NCBI RefSeq assembly: GCF_009834535.1
Contig: NC_045697.1
Coordinates: forward strand, 52,950,001-53,014,000
Direction: 5' to 3'
Origin: Camelus ferus
Taxonomy: Eukaryota
DNA length: 64,000 bases
The translations under genes and the position numbers were made by a program. The notes below the pieces were generated by a model. That model ran no database searches and was not told the DNA's origin. It saw only the letters and a program-made list of their open reading frames with translations. Shown piece after piece: positions 58,939 through 64,000 of the stretch (position 1 is its first letter; each line of letters starts with the position of its first letter).

Positions 58939-61900
58939 TCTGCTCCTGCAATTACTCTACACCCTTTTATTTCATGCAAGGACATTGGCCCAGTAGAGTC
59001 TCATTATTTTTAATTGTAACTCAACCCCTGTATTTATTCAGAGAACTCGATTGCAGGCAAGACAGTGAAGGAATAGTGGGCATAAACTCTGAAGACAATT
59101 ATTTTGGTGAGCTGGGAGAAATATCTGTAGAATAGGTGCAAAATAAACCATCATCTGCTTTGTGCAGGTTTTTATCTTTCAGTAAAGCTAATGACCCGTG
59201 CCAGTATTCTCAAGATTTTCACCTCATACTTGTTGTGGTAAAAGTAACTCTGCTCCCTTCCGCCAGCGTACAGACAGTCTAGAAGGAAACACTAAAATGA
59301 CTTCCTGGGCTTGGAAGAGAGGATGAAGATACTAGATGAGTAATAAATATGTTATAATCTTTCCTTAGAATTTCCCAGATATTTTTGTATCTGGAGACAT
59401 ATACTAGAGATAGCCAAACTTCTGCAAGAAATTTCAATAGGACCCTCTGAATGAATCACCTCAGGTAAACCTTTAGTGCATGTTCTTTGGTGGGGAGAGG
59501 TACATGCATCAGAACATTGTCCATGAACCAGTCAAGTCAGTGTGCACTACTCTCAGTTCACTCTTTAGATAGAACAATTTCCAGGCATTTAGTATGAAGC
59601 CAGGTTAGAGAGTGACATTTGTGTCACTTAAAAGGCTGCTATCAACATGAATGAGATTTTCTCTCTGAACAGTTAAGAATGTCTTGGATATAGATTGACC
59701 TTTGGTAGCTTTTGTTATTTCTCTGCCCCTCCTTGTCTTTCCAAAGGTGTGATTTCAGATGTGGTAGGGGTAAGAGTTTAAGATTAGTTTCTTAAGAAGG
59801 GATGAGTCAGTATGCTCTTTAGGGAAGTAGAGGTCTTGTCAATTACAGGGAACATCGAGGAAGCTGGTATTTTGGGAGAAAGTTTTCTTCATACCTAACA
59901 GTTTATAATGATATCCAAGAAGCTGTCCGAGAAAAACTGCATTTCCCATTGATAAGAGAATTATTTTTAGGAGGCAAAGAAATAAAGTATGTGAATGTGT
60001 TTTGTAAATAGCAAAATGTTATTGAAATTAAAAGTATTATTTTTGGCCTCTCTCTCTCTCTTTATTCTGGCTCTGGTGCTTGGCCAAGTCCCTTAATCTC
60101 TCTGAGCTCCCATTTCTTCCTCTGTAATATAAGGGTAAGAATTACTACCTACCATAGACTTGTTTTGAAGATTTGGTGTGATGATGAAGATGCAGCAGCT
60201 CTGTACAGTGGGTGTGCAATAAATGGGTTGATAGTTCTTTGTGTGGGAGAAACCACATGAAACATGGGACCACAAAGACACTGTGTGTGCAGGTGTGACT
60301 GTGTGTGTGTTACAGGAGGAAGAGTACTGGCAGTTAGGTCCACGAACTCCAAGGAGGGTAGAGGAGGGATCTGATGGAAGGCATTTCCTCTAAATGGAAG
60401 CTGTTGCTGAATCTATGGGGTTAAGCTTCTTAGTTGACAGCTGAACAGAGAAATGGGAAGTGTGTGTACATGTCTTTTATGGCTTATGAGCATGATCATG
60501 ACATGCTAATAATGATGTTTTGTAGGATTCATATGTTCTGCCTTTCTCTTAAGCCAAATACCCAGTATGTCATAAGTCATGTTGCTTCTACCTTTTTTGA
60601 AATGTCCTTCACGCTCAGTCTTGGCATTACTGTCTTCCAGATGTTTACCCATTAGTTTCTTTTGCCTTCAATTTCCTGCATACCAACACCAAACTTATCT
60701 TCCTAAAATATTGGTTTTAGCATTTCACTGCCCCACTCAAAAACTTTTTAAGGATCCCTGAGGCGCTAAGGTAAAATTCACCCTCTGGAACCAGTCAAAT
60801 TAACATTTTAATTCACTTTTCTAATCATACCTCCCACTTTATGTGAAACACTATGTATTGATACAATAATAATGATTGTTGTAATCAGTTGAAGTTGGTT
60901 TTTTATTTTTGGTTTATGTTACTGAGAAAGTAAATATAATCCTATGAAAATATTTTAATTACAAAAAATTCTAGAAATAAGTGTGAGTACATGAGTGTTT
61001 CTGATAGTGATTATCGATGTTAAAGAAGTTACTGCAGCTGAAGGAAACTATGTTATGTTGATCAAGACTATACCTATGTTAAGAACAACCAGAGCCCCAA
61101 TTAAGAAGCTCTGTGTTCAAAGTACAGCAAAAGTAAAAAAGCCCCTTAGAATAATAGAAGATCTGAAACACCTGTGGGGACACACGCCACAGAAAAGTTA
61201 TAAAGAAAAATCTAGAAAAAATAGCCCCTGTAGATGTTAGTACAGTTGGTGAGGGCACAGCTGTTTAAATCTCCTCTGTGACACTGATCATGTGACACTG
61301 GGTGAGCTACTCAACTTGAATATATATAGTATTTTCCCACAGTAACTTCATCTGTAAAATGGAGGCTACCATAAGACAGTATTAATTTCATTTAATTTAA
61401 ATAGAATACTGAACATAAAGTTCTCAGCACACTATCTGATATAATGAAAATATTCAATGACCATGAGTTATTATTATTCCTGAAATAAAGAGACATTAAT
61501 ATGGAAAGTCTACTTCATATTTGACTATGAGCCTTGGCTGTGGCTATTCCAGCCACCAGTGGGAACTATAACAACTAACTAAAATGTGTAGGGATGTTTT
61601 GTATGTGACAAAACACAAACTCTAATTTTTACTTTGTTTTGACACATTGTCCTTTCAACAGAATTGTTTAGTCACTCTCTCCAGAACATGCCGTGGTTTT
61701 TCTCTTCCAGGGTTTTAGGTGAACTTTTCTCTCTGCCTAGACTCTTTTCTTACCTCTTCACAACTCATTTTTAAAGTTCTATTCAAATTTTGCCTCTTCT
61801 GTGACTCCTTCCCCCACTACTCCATTCCTCTGTGATTTTTCCTTCTCTGAATTCCAAATATTTGTCAGTAATTTGGCAATCATTCATACGTCACATGGTG

Positions 61901-62519
61901 ACAGATTTCTTGGTATAATCTTTCATGTTTCACTTGCATGCAGTCCTCTAAATTTAGGGATATGGTTTTCATGTCTTTTCAACCATGTAAAACATTCCTG
62001 TGAGAACAGAAATCATCCCTTCTCCTATGCTGCATCCTTTGGTTCTGTGCACATTATCATAGGTAATACTTGGATAGTATTTCCTGTGGGAAGGCATTAT
62101 TTTAGTGTTTTACAATGTATTAATTTATTTAATCCTCACAAGAACTTTATGAAGAAGACACCAGTCTCCCCTTTCTACACATGATGAAACTGATCTATAG
62201 AGAGGTGAAGTAAATTGCCTGAAGTGACAATCAAGTAAGTGGTGGAACCAGAATTTAGATACAGGCATGTTGCTCTTATGCACTATGCCAAAATAAATCA
62301 GTCATCCAATGGCAGACGACACTGACCAGATAGAGAGAAGTACAGCATAACACACCTGTCTGTAGGGAATTTATCAGCTACTTACTCAAAGGAGAGACAT
62401 ACCTCCAGATAGCTAGTGAAACATACAACAAAACAACAATGATTTAACTGAAAAGCACATACAATATCAAAATGCATAATCCCACAGGGATTAACTGCTA
62501 AAATAAGTAAACTATAGAA

Positions 62520-62780
62520 CAGGGATTCTCATCCAGGGATGATTTTATGCCCCTCAGCACCCCAGGGAACATTAAAAAACGTCTAAGTGATATGGGGTAT
62601 CTCTGATTGTCACAATTTCAGAGTGGGGAATGGAGGAGGAAGGATTTGCTATTACCATCTAGTGAGTAGAGGCCAGAGATGCTGCTAAATATTCTACAAT
62701 GCACAGGATAGGCCTCTCCCCTTTCATCAAAAAAATTATCCAGCTCCAGAAGCCAATAGTGGCAAGGTTGGGAAACTGCA
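62520..62780. mobile_element. MER20-like hAT-Charlie DNA transposon
   Basis: catctagtgagtagaggccagagatgctgctaaatattctacaatgcacaggatagg...ggttgggaaact. Confidence 0.8.
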
Positions 62781-63410
62781 GTAGAAGAATGCTATAAAAT
62801 TTCTGAGGTTGAAGAAATACTTTGGGGCTTTGGAGTCAGGTATGAGGACAATAGGTTTATGCTGAGCCCTTAAAGAAGGATGAGATTTTACAAGATGCTG
62901 GTGACTGAGTGGACTGATAATTATTAAGTTTTCTAGGAAAAGAATTTGATAGAGTGTCATGCATTAAGCTTTAGGGGAAGGGAAAAGGACAGAGAGTATG
63001 ATCATGTCAGGGAAGGCCAATTTTTAAAGCTGATTTTGTGTTAGAATAAGAAAAGCAATAATAAAGGTTTCATGGATCTTATACTAAAGTATATGATATT
63101 AATAGCATATTTTTAGCGATCACTTACCATGCACCAGATGCTGTGCTAAATAGTCCTTCATTCATCTTCATGAACCACCTCATGAGATAAGTACTATGAA
63201 AACTGAGCTTTAGAAAGGGTACTATGTCCTTCAGAGTTAATAAATAGCACAGCTGGGAGTTAATCTCCAAAGACCATACTTTTTTTTGTGCAAGTTTTTC
63301 TTTTATTTCATTATTTCAGAGGATTATATTTCTTATAAGAATGATGTATGCAATTATTTATAAGAATTTCCTATCTTTGAACTCGAATTTATTTTTTTGA
63401 ACAATATAAC

Positions 63411-64000
63411 ATTTTTTATTGATTTATAATCATTTTACAATGTTGTGTCAAATTCCATTGTAGAGCACAATTTTTCAGTTATACATGAACATATATATAT
63501 TCATTGTCACATTTTTTTCTCTGTGAGCTACTATGAGATCTTGTATATATTTCCCTGTGCTATACGGTATAATCTTGTTTATCTATTCTACAATTTTGAA
63601 ATCGCAGTCTATCCCTTCCCAACCCCTGCCCCCTTGGCAACCACAAGTTTGTATTCTATGTCTATGAGTCTATTTCTGTTTTGTATTTATGCTTTTTTTT
63701 TTTTTTTTTTTAGATTCCACATATGAGTGATCTCATATGGTATTTTTCTTTCTCTTTCTGGCTTACTTCACTTAGAATGACATTCTCCAGGAGCATCCAT
63801 GTTGCTGCAAATAGCATTATGTTGGTTTTTATGGCTGAATAGTATTCCATTGTATAAATATACCACATCTTCTTTATCCAGTCATCCGTTGATGGACATT
63901 TAGGCTGTTTCCATGTCTTGGCTATTGTAAATAGTGCTGCTATGAACATTGGGGTGCAGATGTCATTTTGAAGTAGGGTTCCTTCTGGATATATGCCCAG
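63411..64000 (-). mobile_element. LINE-1 3' UTR and ORF2 C-terminus, running off the window end
   Basis: ORF 63710..63949 MFIAALFTIAKTWKQPKCPSTDDWIKKMWYIYTMEYYSAIK is the L1 ORF2p C-terminus; similar to the copy at 31744-33200. Confidence 0.95.

Noticed and set aside
1..64000. A novel multi-gene system, CRISPR array or prokaryotic-type operon
   Set aside because: The sequence is mammalian; all substantial coding signal is explained by JCHAIN, ENAM, AMBN, L1 and ERV-L, and I saw no regularly spaced repeat array

Overview
Mammalian (eutherian) genomic DNA, AT-rich, very probably a camelid judging by a Vic-1-like tRNA-derived SINE. The window covers the end of the SCPP enamel-gene cluster with three complete spliced genes. 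JCHAIN (IgJ) is on + with 4 coding exons at 1963-7831 (158 aa). ENAM (enamelin) is on - with 8 coding exons at 29297-15654 (1146 aa). AMBN (ameloblastin) is on - with 11 coding exons at 58751-47025 (417 aa). I assembled all three reading frames by hand from GT-AG boundaries and all are intact. The rest is intronic or intergenic, with L1 fragments (several with clear target-site duplications), MIR, L2, MER5A, MER20, MER94, a decayed ERV-L gag/pro/pol remnant and microsatellites. I found no evidence of a wholly new biological system; this is a known syntenic locus. The best leads are a possibly mutated 3' splice site plus an overlapping uORF at the first coding exon of ENAM, a strong CTCF motif and an AP-1/IRF composite element between the convergent JCHAIN and ENAM genes, a chimeric retrotransposon insertion in an ENAM intron, and small in-frame indels in conserved enamel-protein motifs. 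Comparisons to pig, human and repeat consensus sequences are from memory and need checking by alignment.
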